DNA of 64,000 nt from Octopus vulgaris. Taxonomy: Eukaryota. The DNA lies in the NCBI GenBank assembly GCA_951406725.2, contig OX597820.1, positions 113,274,001 to 113,338,000 of the forward strand, in the 5' to 3' direction. Each line of letters begins with the position of its first letter. Position 1 is the first letter of the stretch. This document shows positions 14,558 to 27,220 of this stretch, piece by piece. The translations under genes and the position numbers were made by a program. The notes under the pieces are model-generated. The model saw only the letters and a program-made list of their open reading frames with translations, made no database searches and was not told the origin of the DNA.

Positions 14558-14616
<59 letters not shown>

Positions 14617-14668
14617 GGTGGTGGTGGTGGTGGTGGTAGTAGTAGTAGTGGTGGTGGTGGTGGTGGTG

Positions 14669-14721
<53 letters not shown>

Positions 14722-14743
14722 GGTGGTGGTGGTGGTGGTGGTG

Positions 14744-14796
<53 letters not shown>

Positions 14797-14815
14797 GGTG
14801 GTGGTGGTGGTGGTG

Positions 14816-14873
<58 letters not shown>

Positions 14874-14987
14874 CAGCAGCAGCAATTTTAGTGACATATC
14901 TTATCTACATCTCTTTTACGAATGCAATTAATAAACATAAACACGACTGCGCCTTGAGACGCGTGCATCACACCACCACCACCTTCC

Positions 14988-15036
<49 letters not shown>
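14190..15036. repeat. Compound (GTA)n/(GGT)n microsatellites, with (CAC)/(TAC) tract at 14970-15036
   Basis: Read directly. Confidence 0.95.
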
Positions 15037-15259
15037 AAAGCTCATTTGGAAATGTCAGAAATAATTAAAGATATATGGCGGATGTGTTGTCATGTTTTGT
15101 TGATCCCGGATTTCCATTCTCTCTCAGTTCACCTTTCCTGCCGTTTGCAACCTCCTCACCACCTGACGCTCTTCACTCCGCACGAGTTATCATACCTGTT
15201 ACTGTGACTTTATATTCTCGGCAGCAGCCAACGATAATGCAGAAATACGACATATACAT

Positions 15260-15325
<66 letters not shown>

Positions 15326-15679
15326 AACATATGTACAACTGTACGTGTATGTATGTATGTCTTTGCGTATGTGTATCTCTGTGTGTGTACGTGTGTAGAC
15401 GTGGATGAACATACGGTGTATCTGGCGTACTTTATCTCCATCGACACTTTTGTAACGTAGCTGCTTACTTTGCAAGAAAAAGCAAAGAGCAATATGATAG
15501 TCGCAAGATTACAATCTACAAAAGAAAAAGATTCATGATAAAAAATAAGGCATCATTGAAAAAAATCATCAAAAATTATAAAAATACAAATGTAAGCCGA
15601 TTATTGTTGTTGTTGTTGTTGTTATTATTATTAATATTATTGTGATGAGCATCATCTATACTACTACTCTTACTGCTGC

Positions 15680-15723
<44 letters not shown>

Positions 15724-15792
15724 TGTGCTTTGAATTCGTTTATTTATCACATTTTGGTTTTAGTCGTGTATAAATATACACATACATATATC

Positions 15793-17090
<1,298 letters not shown>

Positions 17091-17449
17091 GGGATTACCT
17101 CCCTTTGCAGGTTAGGACACCGTGACGGTGTCGAGCCTTCGGTGACGTCGATGTTCGCCGGGCTAAATGCAACAGTAACACCCCACCACCCTGCCTGTCC
17201 TAGCCATATTCAGATGGCTTTAGTCCCTTATGTTATCGAGCAGTTACTGTCTATATTCTTTAGAGAATTATTATTGCTTTCGAACAGATTTTCGAAATCA
17301 GCAAATGTATTTTGCTGAAAATCTATATATGAATATCCTGCAGAGTGAGAATTCGTCGAGGAAGCGAAGCCTATATACACCTAAACCATGGTCCGTGTGT
17401 GTTTCCGCTTCATATATATATATATAAATATATATATTCATATCCTATG

Positions 17450-17492
<43 letters not shown>

Positions 17493-17682
17493 AATAAGAA
17501 AATGGAGAAACAAATTCAGCTAGTTCATCAACTTAGGGATATTACAATTTTACATTATTTATTCATTATACAAATGAGAACATCAAAAGCAAACAAAACA
17601 TTATATAAATCAATAGGTAATATAGCATATTAGATAATTGATATCCCATAGTGGGTTACATTCATAACCCCTATCTTACTTT

Positions 17683-17727
<45 letters not shown>

Positions 17728-18027
17728 GTATGTATGTATGGGGACACGCACATACATACATACATACATACATACATACATACATACATACATACATAAG
17801 ACCAAAGGTGCAGAAACAGCGTACTGCGAAGTAATTTCAATATAGTATAATCCAAGGGTAGTGTAAGGAATCCATGAATCAGGTACCTCAAATCAGTCGG
17901 AAGGAAGAAGACGGTCCGTGTGAGCGTGCAGTAAATAGTCAAATCGAATACTCGAACATTGAAAATAACAAACAAGGGAATGTGCACATGGAATGTATGA
18001 GTTTAGTACTCGGCAAAAAGGGGGAGT

Positions 18028-18063
18028 CTTTTGACGTTCCGAGTATAGCTCTTCATCAAAAAG
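18028..18063 (-). ncRNA. Degenerate minimal hammerhead motif
   Basis: TTT-TTGATGA-AGAGCTATACTC-GGAA-CG-TC-AAAA; two core deviations; resembles 59597-59629. Confidence 0.4.
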
Positions 18064-18627
18064 GAAAACGGGAAGTGAAGAGAAGGAAAAATGTCACTAA
18101 CAGCACGTGTGATGTTATATTCATGAAGTGACCGGTAGTGGAAAGAGATAGAAGTTTTGGAGTGTACAGGAGAGTGCGATGATTGCCAGTTTGTGTGTGT
18201 GTGTGTGTGTGAGTGTAGTAATATCTGTGTGCGTGTGTTTGTGTTTATGCGAGTGATGTATGTATAAGGGTATGAGTCCACAAGCGTGTTAGTGGCTGGT
18301 ATTTGATTTGGTCGAGAGAGGCGAGAGACCAGATGAAAAGTGTGTGAGTGGGTGGGTGTGTCTGTGTGTGCGTTTGAGTGTGTGTACACTCCCATAGTCG
18401 TTCGTGACCGAAGCGAGGTTTCTCCTCTCTCTCTTTACATACCCATAAAACATGAGTACCTCATAACCTCGCAGATTATATGCATATATATACAGTGTAC
18501 ATTTAAACACATAAGAAGCATCCATCATAGGACTCCATGCCCGCTAGAGAGAACAGTTAAATTCCATACCACTATTAGGGATAAAATTTCGAAGGGAATG
18601 AAAAATAAAAACATTTACCATCTAACT

Positions 18628-18696
18628 CCTGGTCCAATGGTTTCAGACTCTTTTAGCAAATAAAATAATTTGCTAGGCGAAATCTTCTTCAGCAGG
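18628..18696 (-). ncRNA. Type I hammerhead motif with mutated cleavage triplet (GAC)
   Basis: CCTG-CTGAAGA-long stem II-GAAA-CCATTGG-AC-CAGG. Confidence 0.7.
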
Positions 18697-19225
18697 TACA
18701 CATTAGATTAAATATATATACACGAAGAAATCCAGTATATGCTCCATGCGTATACATTCTAATTTTTCAAATCTACCGCGCAAGCTCAGCTCCTTATCGG
18801 CAGTAAGTAAAAATGCCGGTTTTTCAATTCGAAAATTATCCAGAAAAATATCATCAATAATTAATAATATCAAAGGGTAATCAGAAATATTAGAAATTTC
18901 CATTACCAGTGGCCTGGCGTGTAAAAAAATTTGTCAATAGACGATGTTATTCATATAAATACAGTGTACATTTAAACACATAAGAGGCATCCATCATAGA
19001 ACTCCTTGCACGCTAGAGAGAACAGTTAAATTCCAAACCACTATTAGGGATAAATTATTAATTATTGATCATATTTTTCTGGATAATTTTCGAACTGAAA
19101 CGCCGGCATTTTCATTTACTGCCGATAAGGAGCTGAGCTTGTGCGGTAGATTTGAAAAATTAGAATGTATAAGCACGGGGCATATACTGGATTGCCTCGT
19201 AAATATATATTTAATCTAAGGTGTA

Positions 19226-19294
19226 CCTGCTGAAGAAGGCTTCGCCTAGCCAATTATTTTATTTGCTAAAAAAGTCTGAAACCATTGGTCCAGG
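19226..19294 (+). ncRNA. Type I hammerhead ribozyme
   Basis: CCTG-CTGAAGA-AGGCTT..TAGC..GCTA..AAGTCT-GAAA-CCATTGG-TC-CAGG; predicted GUC cleavage after 19290. Confidence 0.85.
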
Positions 19295-19720
19295 AGTTAG
19301 ATGGTAAATGTTTTTATTTTTCATTCCCTTCGAAATTTTATCCCTAATAGTGGTTTGGAATTTAACTGTTCTCTCTAGCGTGCAAGGAGTCCTATGATAG
19401 ACCCCTATGATAGTCCTATGATAGATGCCTATTATGTGTTTAAATGTACACTGTATTTATACAAATAATATATAGTCTATTGACTAAATGTTTTACACGC
19501 TAGGCCGCTGGTAATGGAAATTTCTAATATTTCTGATTACCCTTTGATATTATTAATTATTGATCGTATTTTTCTGGATAATTTTTGAATTGAAAAACCG
19601 GCTCTTTTATTTACTGCCGATAAGGAGCTGAGCTTGCGCGGTAGATTTGAAAAATTAGAATGTATAAGCACGGTGCATATACTGGATTGCCTCGTGTATA
19701 TATATTTAATCTAAGGTGTA

Positions 19721-19789
19721 CCTGCTGAAGAAAACTTCGCCTAAAAAATTATTTTATTTGCTAAAAGAGTCTGAAACCATTGGTCCAGG
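19721..19789 (+). ncRNA. Type I hammerhead ribozyme (next monomer)
   Basis: Same core; stem II partly eroded; predicted GUC cleavage after 19785. Confidence 0.8.
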
Positions 19790-20165
19790 AGTTAGATGGT
19801 AAATGTTTTTATTTTTCATTCCCTGCGAAATTGTATCCTTAATAGTGGTATGGAAATTAACTGAAATGCAGATTAGGGACTATATAGGGTTACTGAACTC
19901 TTTACCGTATCTAAGATTTCCTAAAACGATATGCTAGTCTTACCTGACTTCTTCTAGGTCTCTTCTGTGCTGTTCCAGGATTTACTCCTGAATAACGAGC
20001 AGATCTGATTTGCATAATTTTCTATGCTGGCCTTGTACATAGCCCTGGCTCCTTTGTAGGCTCTAATCTTGTCACTTTGAGTGTAGCCAGAGAGCTGCAT
20101 GAGGTGGATGAAGTGTTGAATGTGTTTTCCAATTCCGTTGGGTCGCACATGCGGAACGTGCACAC

Positions 20166-20231
<66 letters not shown>

Positions 20232-20255
20232 ATATACATACATATATATATATAC

Positions 20256-20288
<33 letters not shown>

Positions 20289-20301
20289 CATATATACATA
20301 C

Positions 20302-20373
<72 letters not shown>

Positions 20374-20419
20374 ATAGAGACAGAGAGAGAAGGAACGAGA
20401 TGTATGTATTTATATATAT

Positions 20420-20835
20420 ATATATAACATATGACATAATTATAAACAGGGCAAATTTTAGCCAGTTTTCTGCAGACTAGAAAAATAATGAACAACCTTA
20501 ATCGATTTTCGAACCTTACTAGATTCTTATCAGAGGTGTCTACATCATTCTGACAATCACCAGAGAAACAAACAGCTAATCTGTTTATATACTCAACAAA
20601 TTCAGCAGTTACTCTATGAAGGAGTTCCTAATTTGCCTACTAAAATTGTTGAACACTATAAATACCAGCTGCCTGTCAACGAGGATCTTAGTCCACACAG
20701 TATCAAGGTATGATATAATACATATGTAACATATGGTATAATTATATAAACGGCAAATTTTAGCCATTTCTCCGCAAAATGAAAAAAATGATGAACTACC
20801 TTAATCGATTTTCGAAACTTACTGGGTTCTCATCA
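20420..20835 (-). repeat. ~303-bp partial tandem unit with HHR motifs at 20496-20536 and 20799-20835
   Basis: CCT-CTGATAA-GAATCT/AGGTTC-GAAA-ATCGAT-TA-AGG and truncated TGATGA-GAACCC..-GAAA-ATCGAT-TA-AGG, 303 bp apart; flanked by (TA)n. Confidence 0.75.
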
Positions 20836-20836
20836 C

Positions 20837-20909
<73 letters not shown>

Positions 20910-21037
20910 TGTGTATGTGTGTGAGTGTGTGAGTGTGTCTGTGTGCGAGTGTATATGTGTGTGTGTGTGTGTGAGTGTGTATGTGTGTGTGTATGTGTGT
21001 GTGAGTGTGTGTGTGTGTGTATAAATATATATATATG

Positions 21038-22637
21038 GTTTCCAGCACTCCTCCTCAAATCATGTAAGCATGCCCTGGCAAAACCCCTCCAGATTCTCTT
21101 CCAGAGCTTTCTTGCAAATAGCAGACTGCCAAGCAAGATGGAGAGAATAATGAATAATATGCCCAATCCATAAAGTGGGAAGCAGAGCAGATGCCAAAAA
21201 CTATAGGCCTATCTCTCTGACTTCACACATCAGCAAAGTCATGGAACGGATAGTCAGAGGGAAAATAATCGCATTCCTTGAAGAAAATATCTTGCTGAGT
21301 GATACCCAGCATGGCTTTCGACCAGGTAGGAGCTGTCTGACCCAGCTCTTACAATAAATATTATGACTGGGTGTTGATGCAGTTACTCAACAAATCAAAC
21401 GTGGATGTAATCTACCTTGATTTTGCAAAAGCTTTTGACAAGGTGGATCATGGTATATGCCACAAACTGCGTCACCTTGGCATAGCTGGAAAACTTGGAG
21501 TGTGGTTACATGCCTTTCTGAAAGATTGAAGTCATGCAATAGTGGCTAATGAAAACACAAATAGTGAGCGGTGTTCCACAAGGTACTGTCTTGGGACCAC
21601 TGCTTTTTATAGTGGCCCTCTCAGATGTGCCCTCAAGAACCCGGGTAGCCACCCTTGCAAGCTACGTAGACGATACGAAAGTGTCACATAAAATACAGAA
21701 CCCCTGCGATGTTGCACACCTGCAAGAGGAGTTGGACTCAATCTACAGATGGGCTGAGGATAATAATATGCAGTTTAATGCTGAAAAATTCCAAGCCCTA
21801 TGCTACCAGTGTCCAAAACTGAATATGAAACTTACAGGGTACACTGGTCCACAGGGAATTTCAATTCTAGAGCCTAATTCAGTGAGGGAGCTGGGTATCG
21901 ACATGAGTGATGATACCTCTTTCCAAGTGCACATTACCAGGATGGCGATAAAGTGCAGATGACTAGCTGGCTGGATCCTGAGAACATTCAGAACCAGAGA
22001 TAAGGAAACCATGATGGTCCTCTGGCAGACATTCGTCCTCAGCTGCCTAGATTACGGGTCACAACTATGATCACCCAATAGTGTTAAATTAACAGCGGAC
22101 CTTGAAGCAATCCAGAAAAGATTCACATAGAAGATCGTCCCTTTGCAACTGCTCAGCTACTGGAAAAGGCTGAAATAGCTAAAACTCTACTCACTGGAGA
22201 AACGGCGGGAGAGGTACGCAGTAATATACATCTGGAAGATCCTGGAAGGAATTGTGCCAAATTTTGGCATTGGAAGTTACACCAATGCTAGAACGGGACG
22301 ACACTGCATACTGCCAAAGATCCCAGCAACGCCATCGTGCTTCAGGACCAGTTACTTCAACAACCTGGGTTTCAAGGGCCCACATTTTTTTAATATTCTC
22401 CTAAAGAGCCTGAGGAACCTGCACAAAATAGATGTAGGTGTTTTAAAATCAAAGCTGGACCTCTTCCTGTCAAGAGTCCCAGATGAACCTACATCACGGC
22501 AAGATGTGCTAATGAGGGTAGCTATATCAATCTCCATGCTTCACCAAGTGCCACATATTGGAGGAGGCTCGCAGTAATAACAGTGTAGCAAAACGGCGGA
22601 GCATCAGTATTGCCGCAGCTCTGAGCTGAAGCTACAG

Positions 22638-22640
<3 letters not shown>
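21038..22640 (+). mobile_element. 5'-truncated, degenerate CR1/Jockey-group LINE (RT)
   Basis: YRPISLTSHISKVMERIV, QHGFRPGRSCLTQLL, YLDFAKAFDKVDH, SGVPQGTVLGPLLF, YVDDTK, with stops and frameshifts. Confidence 0.88.
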
Positions 22641-22679
<39 letters not shown>

Positions 22680-22841
22680 GTGTGTGTGATTGTGTATAGA
22701 AGAATATATTAATAAAAAGAATTCCAACCTTGTCTGATTTTCACGTTTTATTTACAATCTTATAATGATATATTATAAGATAATATATTATAATTGAATA
22801 AAATAAAATGAAATAGTAGAATGTTAAATATTCATTCTGAT

Positions 22842-22886
22842 TGAACTAGTACTTTCATGCATTGAATTCTGCAATCTTCGGGTTCA
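22842..22886 (-). ncRNA. Minimal type I hammerhead, variant core CCGAAGA (identical copy at 27113-27157)
   Basis: TGAAC-CCGAAGA-T-TGCA-gaattcaa-TGCA-T-GAAA-GTAC-TA-GTTCA. Confidence 0.72.
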
Positions 22887-23380
22887 TGTAGTAGTGTTGA
22901 CAGTCATGCTTCACAATTTTTGACTGTAGCAAGATGAGTGATTCTGTGCTATAAATACAGCTGGGTAGGCTCCAGAGTGCTAGGTTTTGCAAACTGTATT
23001 CTGACCAATCAGTGTGTAGTATCACTCAATTACTTAAGCTGATTGGTTGGTTGAGCTGATTGGTTTAGGCATCACGCTTTGTTGGACAGGTCAAGAGTCC
23101 TGTATCTTGACCCTGGCCGAAGCAGCAATTGTTGGGTTATTTTTAGAAATGTTGTAAATATCCTTTGTCAGAGATTTTTATATTTTTATATTTCAATTGT
23201 CATCATCATCATTGTCAGCACCTTAATTATTGTTGCTAGTGGTGATGGTGGTGGCAATAGAACTTTTAACCCTAAATAAGATAATTTTCCTGCTATCTTC
23301 GTCTTGATCACCTTTAGTATTGTTGTTGTTGTTAGTGGTCATGGTCGTAGCAGTGGAAGTAATACCTCTAAGTATTATTA

Positions 23381-25708
23381 TTATTGCTTATTTAGCTTGG
23401 GTTCGAATTTATCAATAAAATTCTTTTCTCTGATTTTCCTCTCGATTTCACTTGGGCTGTGTAATTTGTAGAATGGAAATATTATATATATTTTCCGACC
23501 ACATGTTGCTAGGTGGTTACTCAAAGGTATCTGACGGACCTCTGGGTCTCTAATCTGTTGCCGGTGTACACGTGAGCGTTCTAATAGTGCGTTTCCCGTC
23601 TGACCTACATATATTTCTTCACAATTTGGGCATTTGATGCAGTAAATTAAATTTCTGCTTTTGCAGTTCATATTCGCGTTTGTGAATATTTTCCCGGTTT
23701 TTGTGTTTATATATTGACCGGTATGTATGAATTGGCATGTGCCACATCGGCTATCATTGCATTTAGATACCGTGAATGTTTGGTCTTTGTTGCTGAGGTC
23801 AAATTTTGCCTTTGTTAGTAATGTTTTCAAGTTTTTAGGCTGTCTTTTACTAAGCACCATAGCTCGATCCTTGATTATGTCTTTTAATTCATTACTTTGG
23901 GCAATGATTGGAAGGTTTGCTTTGGCAATGTTGAAGATATTCTGGTGACATGGGTTGTGTGTCACTATGAATGGTATGACTTGTTCTTGTTTTCCTCTTC
24001 CTTGGGTTGTCCTAAGTTGTTGTATAGGTATTTTTATAGCCCGCTGTATGCCATTTTCTATAAGTAGAGATGGGTATTTTTGTTTGAGCAAAAATTCTCT
24101 TAGTTCTATTAGGCGTTTGTTCCTGATATTTGCATCTTCTACAATAGTACAAATTCTTCTGGCTAGGCAGTATGGGATGTTACGTTTTGTATGTGGTGGA
24201 TGGCACGACTTAAAATTTAGGTATTGATGTGTGTCTGTGTGTTTATAGTATATATCTGTGGTGATGGTGGTGTCTTTTTTAATTACCATTATATCCAGGA
24301 ATGGTAATTTGGTACTACTCATCTCCTTTGTAAATTTGAGAGATGGGTGTAGGTTGTTCAGGAGGATATTGAACTCTTCCAGAGTATTTAGAGATTCTGT
24401 CCAGATTATGAAACAGTCGTCTAGGTATCTCTTCCATGCCTTTTCAATATACTTTCTAAATCCAGTGCCATAGTTTACCTCCACCTCTTGGTAGAGTTGT
24501 TCTTCTAAGTATCCCATTACAGAGTTGGCGTAAACGGGAGCAAACCTCGTTCCCATCGCCGTGCCTCTAATTTGGATGTAGTTCTTTCCATTGAAGAAGA
24601 ATGTGTTATTTTCTAGAATAAGTTTGACTGTGTCTAATATAAATGGCACTGTGAATCTGCTGGGAATCACTTCTCTATGTTTTTCTAACCAGTATTTAAT
24701 CGCCTTTATTCCTAAATCGTGTGGAATATTGGTGTAGAGGCTTACCACATCAAAACTTAGCAAAACTGAATTTGTTTCTGTTGTTTTGGGAAGATGGGAC
24801 AGGAAGTCGATGTCATCCCTGATGAAACTTGGTATGTAAGTACATAGTGGTTTCAAAACAATGTCAATAAAATTGCTTAGACGGTGTGTAGGGCATGCTG
24901 GACCAGCTATAATAGGTCTAAGTTTTAGGTCTTTTGGATGTAATAATTTTATGTACTCACTTTCTTGTTCTTTTACTGCCTGTTGAATGTTTTTTGATTT
25001 GTGTATTTTTGGTAAGCCGTAGAAGTTGCTGGGTTTTGGTTCAAAATTGGTGATGTAGTCTTTTTCATTATCCGTAAGTGAGTTGTGGTGTGTTGAAATC
25101 AGGTTGTTGATCTTTTTCATGATGTGGTGGTCTATATTTGCGGGTATTTCACAATAGAAGGTTGTATCCTTCAGTTGGTCTTCAACCAAATCCTTATAGT
25201 ATTCGGTATCCATAATAACAATTGCACCACCTTTATCTGCTTGTTTAATTATTATTGTTTGATCGTTTTGTATACGTTTACATGCAGACATCTCTGATTT
25301 GCTAATGTTTGGCCTAACATTGGTATTGCGTCTAAGGGGAAATTTAGACAGGATATCAATGTATTGGTCAAGGTAGTTATTTCTTCCTTTTGGTGGGGTG
25401 AAATTTGATTTATTCCTTACTAGGGATTCATCAATCTCATTACTTTTGTTAGCGAAGAATTCTACAAGTCGTAATTTTCGACAGAATTTTTGGATATCCT
25501 CCTTTAATTCTTGGTGGTTGGCTGTTGGTGTAGGTGTGAATTTCAGTCCTTTTGACAGAAGTTGGATTTCATCATTGTCAAGATCTCTTTTTGATAAATT
25601 AATTATTTTAGGATCTATACGTTCAGTTGTTTGGGGTATGTTTCCTCTTGGATTTTTTCTTTCTCCGGTGTTTGTTGTCCTGACGTAAAAAAATGGATTT
25701 TTTTCTGG
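23381..25708 (-). CDS. PLE ORF2: reverse transcriptase + Cys linker + GIY-YIG endonuclease (frame open from 25708, first ATG at 25291)
   Basis: INLS..LLSKGLKFTPTP upstream of the first Met; ADKGG, YGLPKIHK, RPII, SFDVVSLYTNIP, GTAMG, RYLDD, LPFLD, CNDSRCGTC, NLIYCIKC..YVGQT, E..FI..FEPKLN. Confidence 0.95.
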   Translation of the reverse strand, partial: PEKNPFFYVRTTNTGERKNPRGNIPQTTERIDPKIINLSKRDLDNDEIQLLSKGLKFTPTPTANHQELKEDIQKFCRKLRLVEFFANKSNEIDESLVRNKSNFTPPKGRNNYLDQYIDILSKFPLRRNTNVRPNISKSEMSACKRIQNDQTIIIKQADKGGAIVIMDTEYYKDLVEDQLKDTTFYCEIPANIDHHIMKKINNLISTHHNSLTDNEKDYITNFEPKPSNFYGLPKIHKSKNIQQAVKEQESEYIKLLHPKDLKLRPIIAGPACPTHRLSNFIDIVLKPLCTYIPSFIRDDIDFLSHLPKTTETNSVLLSFDVVSLYTNIPHDLGIKAIKYWLEKHREVIPSRFTVPFILDTVKLILENNTFFFNGKNYIQIRGTAMGTRFAPVYANSVMGYLEEQLYQEVEVNYGTGFRKYIEKAWKRYLDDCFIIWTESLNTLEEFNILLNNLHPSLKFTKEMSSTKLPFLDIMVIKKDTTITTDIYYKHTDTHQYLNFKSCHPPHTKRNIPYCLARRICTIVEDANIRNKRLIELREFLLKQKYPSLLIENGIQRAIKIPIQQLRTTQGRGKQEQVIPFIVTHNPCHQNIFNIAKANLPIIAQSNELKDIIKDRAMVLSKRQPKNLKTLLTKAKFDLSNKDQTFTVSKCNDSRCGTCQFIHTGQYINTKTGKIFTNANMNCKSRNLIYCIKCPNCEEIYVGQTGNALLERSRVHRQQIRDPEVRQIPLSNHLATCGRKIYIIFPFYKLHSPSEIERKIREKNFIDKFEPKLNKQ

Positions 25709-26907
25709 TTATGATTTATATTCCTGTTGATGTTTGCTTGATGAATTTTGCGTTTTGGTTGTGGTACTTTACTTGGTTTCGTTATGTTTTCTGTCTTGTT
25801 TTTGGTATTATGTATGCTACTTTTCAATTTCTTGTTAGCATTGTTTTTAACCACCTGGAGAAATGATCTGGGTTTACTTCTAGATCTAGATCGGTTTTTT
25901 GTCCAGTTTCTTGTGGGTAATCTCTGTTGAGGTCTTGAAAATGATCTCCTGTTATTTCTACTGCTAATGGTTTGTTCAAAACAATATCTATTTTGTTTGT
26001 GCTTTTTGTTCATGTTGTGTGCATTAGGGTGTTTGCATACAAAATGGGAAGAGTTCTTACCGTAGTTCGTCTTCGATTCGTGGTGAAACGGGTGTTCATG
26101 TTGCCACGTGTTCTGGTGTATGTTGCGTTGGTGAGGTTGTCCACTTTTAATGCTATTTCTCGGAGTTCTGGTGTCTTTACCGTAATTTGTAGCATATTTG
26201 TCGAGAAATAATTGTTTCCGCTGCCAAAACTTTCTTGATCTGCTTTCTTCTTTTGAGATATCTCTGATCCATAGTTCTCGCATTTTTTCTGCTATATTGC
26301 CGGTCGTTAGTTTGGATATTTCATCTCTGATTTGATCATCGATAGCTTCGTATTTGGCTTTGTAGCGGGATTGTTTAGACAGGGTAATGGAGATGTCGGT
26401 CCTGAATTTTATCAAACTAAGGTCCCATCGAAGTTTAGTTTCTTCCTCTGGTTCTCCTGCAATTTCTTTAATTAGGTACTTCCGAGGAAGTATGGGTGCC
26501 GCTAAAGATATCCATTTCGAATGTATTTCAGCATATTTTTCGCATTTATATGCCTTCCAGAAGTTTTGTTTTCTTATGTTAAGGAGTTTTTTCCATGTCT
26601 TCTGTATCTCTTCTCTTTTTCGGTGTGCCTCTTTTTCCAGATTTCTTTCGTTTATTTCTGACATCCAAGGAGGTTGTGGTAGGCTTTCTCTTGTAGATTT
26701 TATAATTGTTGGTATCATTTCAGCTAAATTCTTAATTTCAGAGTTTATGTGTTCATTTCCAAGTTTTCCGTCTGTAGACTGTTTTTCTATTTCCTTTAAA
26801 ATAGAGGATTGTGTGTCAATCATCGTGATGAGTGTTGATAATTTCGATGAAATTTCCATTAGAATTCTTTCGGATTCTGTTAATTTTGTTTGTTGCTTTC
26901 CAGACAT
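25615..26907 (-). CDS. PLE ORF1, 430 aa, predicted helical/coiled-coil N-half and basic R/S/K/N-rich C-half; function unknown
   Basis: Uninterrupted ATG-initiated ORF inside the element in AT-rich DNA; overlaps the ORF2 frame by 94 nt. Confidence 0.8.
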   Translation of the reverse strand: MSGKQQTKLTESERILMEISSKLSTLITMIDTQSSILKEIEKQSTDGKLGNEHINSEIKNLAEMIPTIIKSTRESLPQPPWMSEINERNLEKEAHRKREEIQKTWKKLLNIRKQNFWKAYKCEKYAEIHSKWISLAAPILPRKYLIKEIAGEPEEETKLRWDLSLIKFRTDISITLSKQSRYKAKYEAIDDQIRDEISKLTTGNIAEKMRELWIRDISKEESRSRKFWQRKQLFLDKYATNYGKDTRTPRNSIKSGQPHQRNIHQNTWQHEHPFHHESKTNYGKNSSHFVCKHPNAHNMNKKHKQNRYCFEQTISSRNNRRSFSRPQQRLPTRNWTKNRSRSRSKPRSFLQVVKNNANKKLKSSIHNTKNKTENITKPSKVPQPKRKIHQANINRNINHNQKKIHFFTSGQQTPEKEKIQEETYPKQLNV

Positions 26908-27220
26908 GTTGGCATATACACAATAGGAATATAGATATATATATATATGGGTGTGTGTGATTGTGTATAGAAGAATATATTAATAAAAAGAATTCCAACC
27001 TTGTCTGATTTTCACGTTTTATTTACAATCTTATAATGATATATTATAAGATAATATATTATAATTGAATAAAATAAAATGAAATAGTAGAATGTTAAAT
27101 ATTCATTCTGATTGAACTAGTACTTTCATGCATTGAATTCTGCAATCTTCGGGTTCATGTAGTAGTGTTGACAGTCATGCTTCACAATTTTTGACTGTAG
27201 CAAGATGAGTGATTCTGTGC

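Larger units (their letters stand above)
18490..19863. repeat. ~470-495-bp HHR-containing repeat; inverted block 18490-19054 and direct block 19055-19863
   Basis: tacagtgtacatttaaacac recurs at 18491 and 18960; cctgctgaagaa recurs at 19226 and 19721; right block is the reverse complement of the left. Confidence 0.9.

Noticed and set aside
14466-14875. Alternating (GTA)n/(GGT)n blocks as a higher-order code
   Set aside because: Block lengths are irregular and explained by slippage plus block duplication
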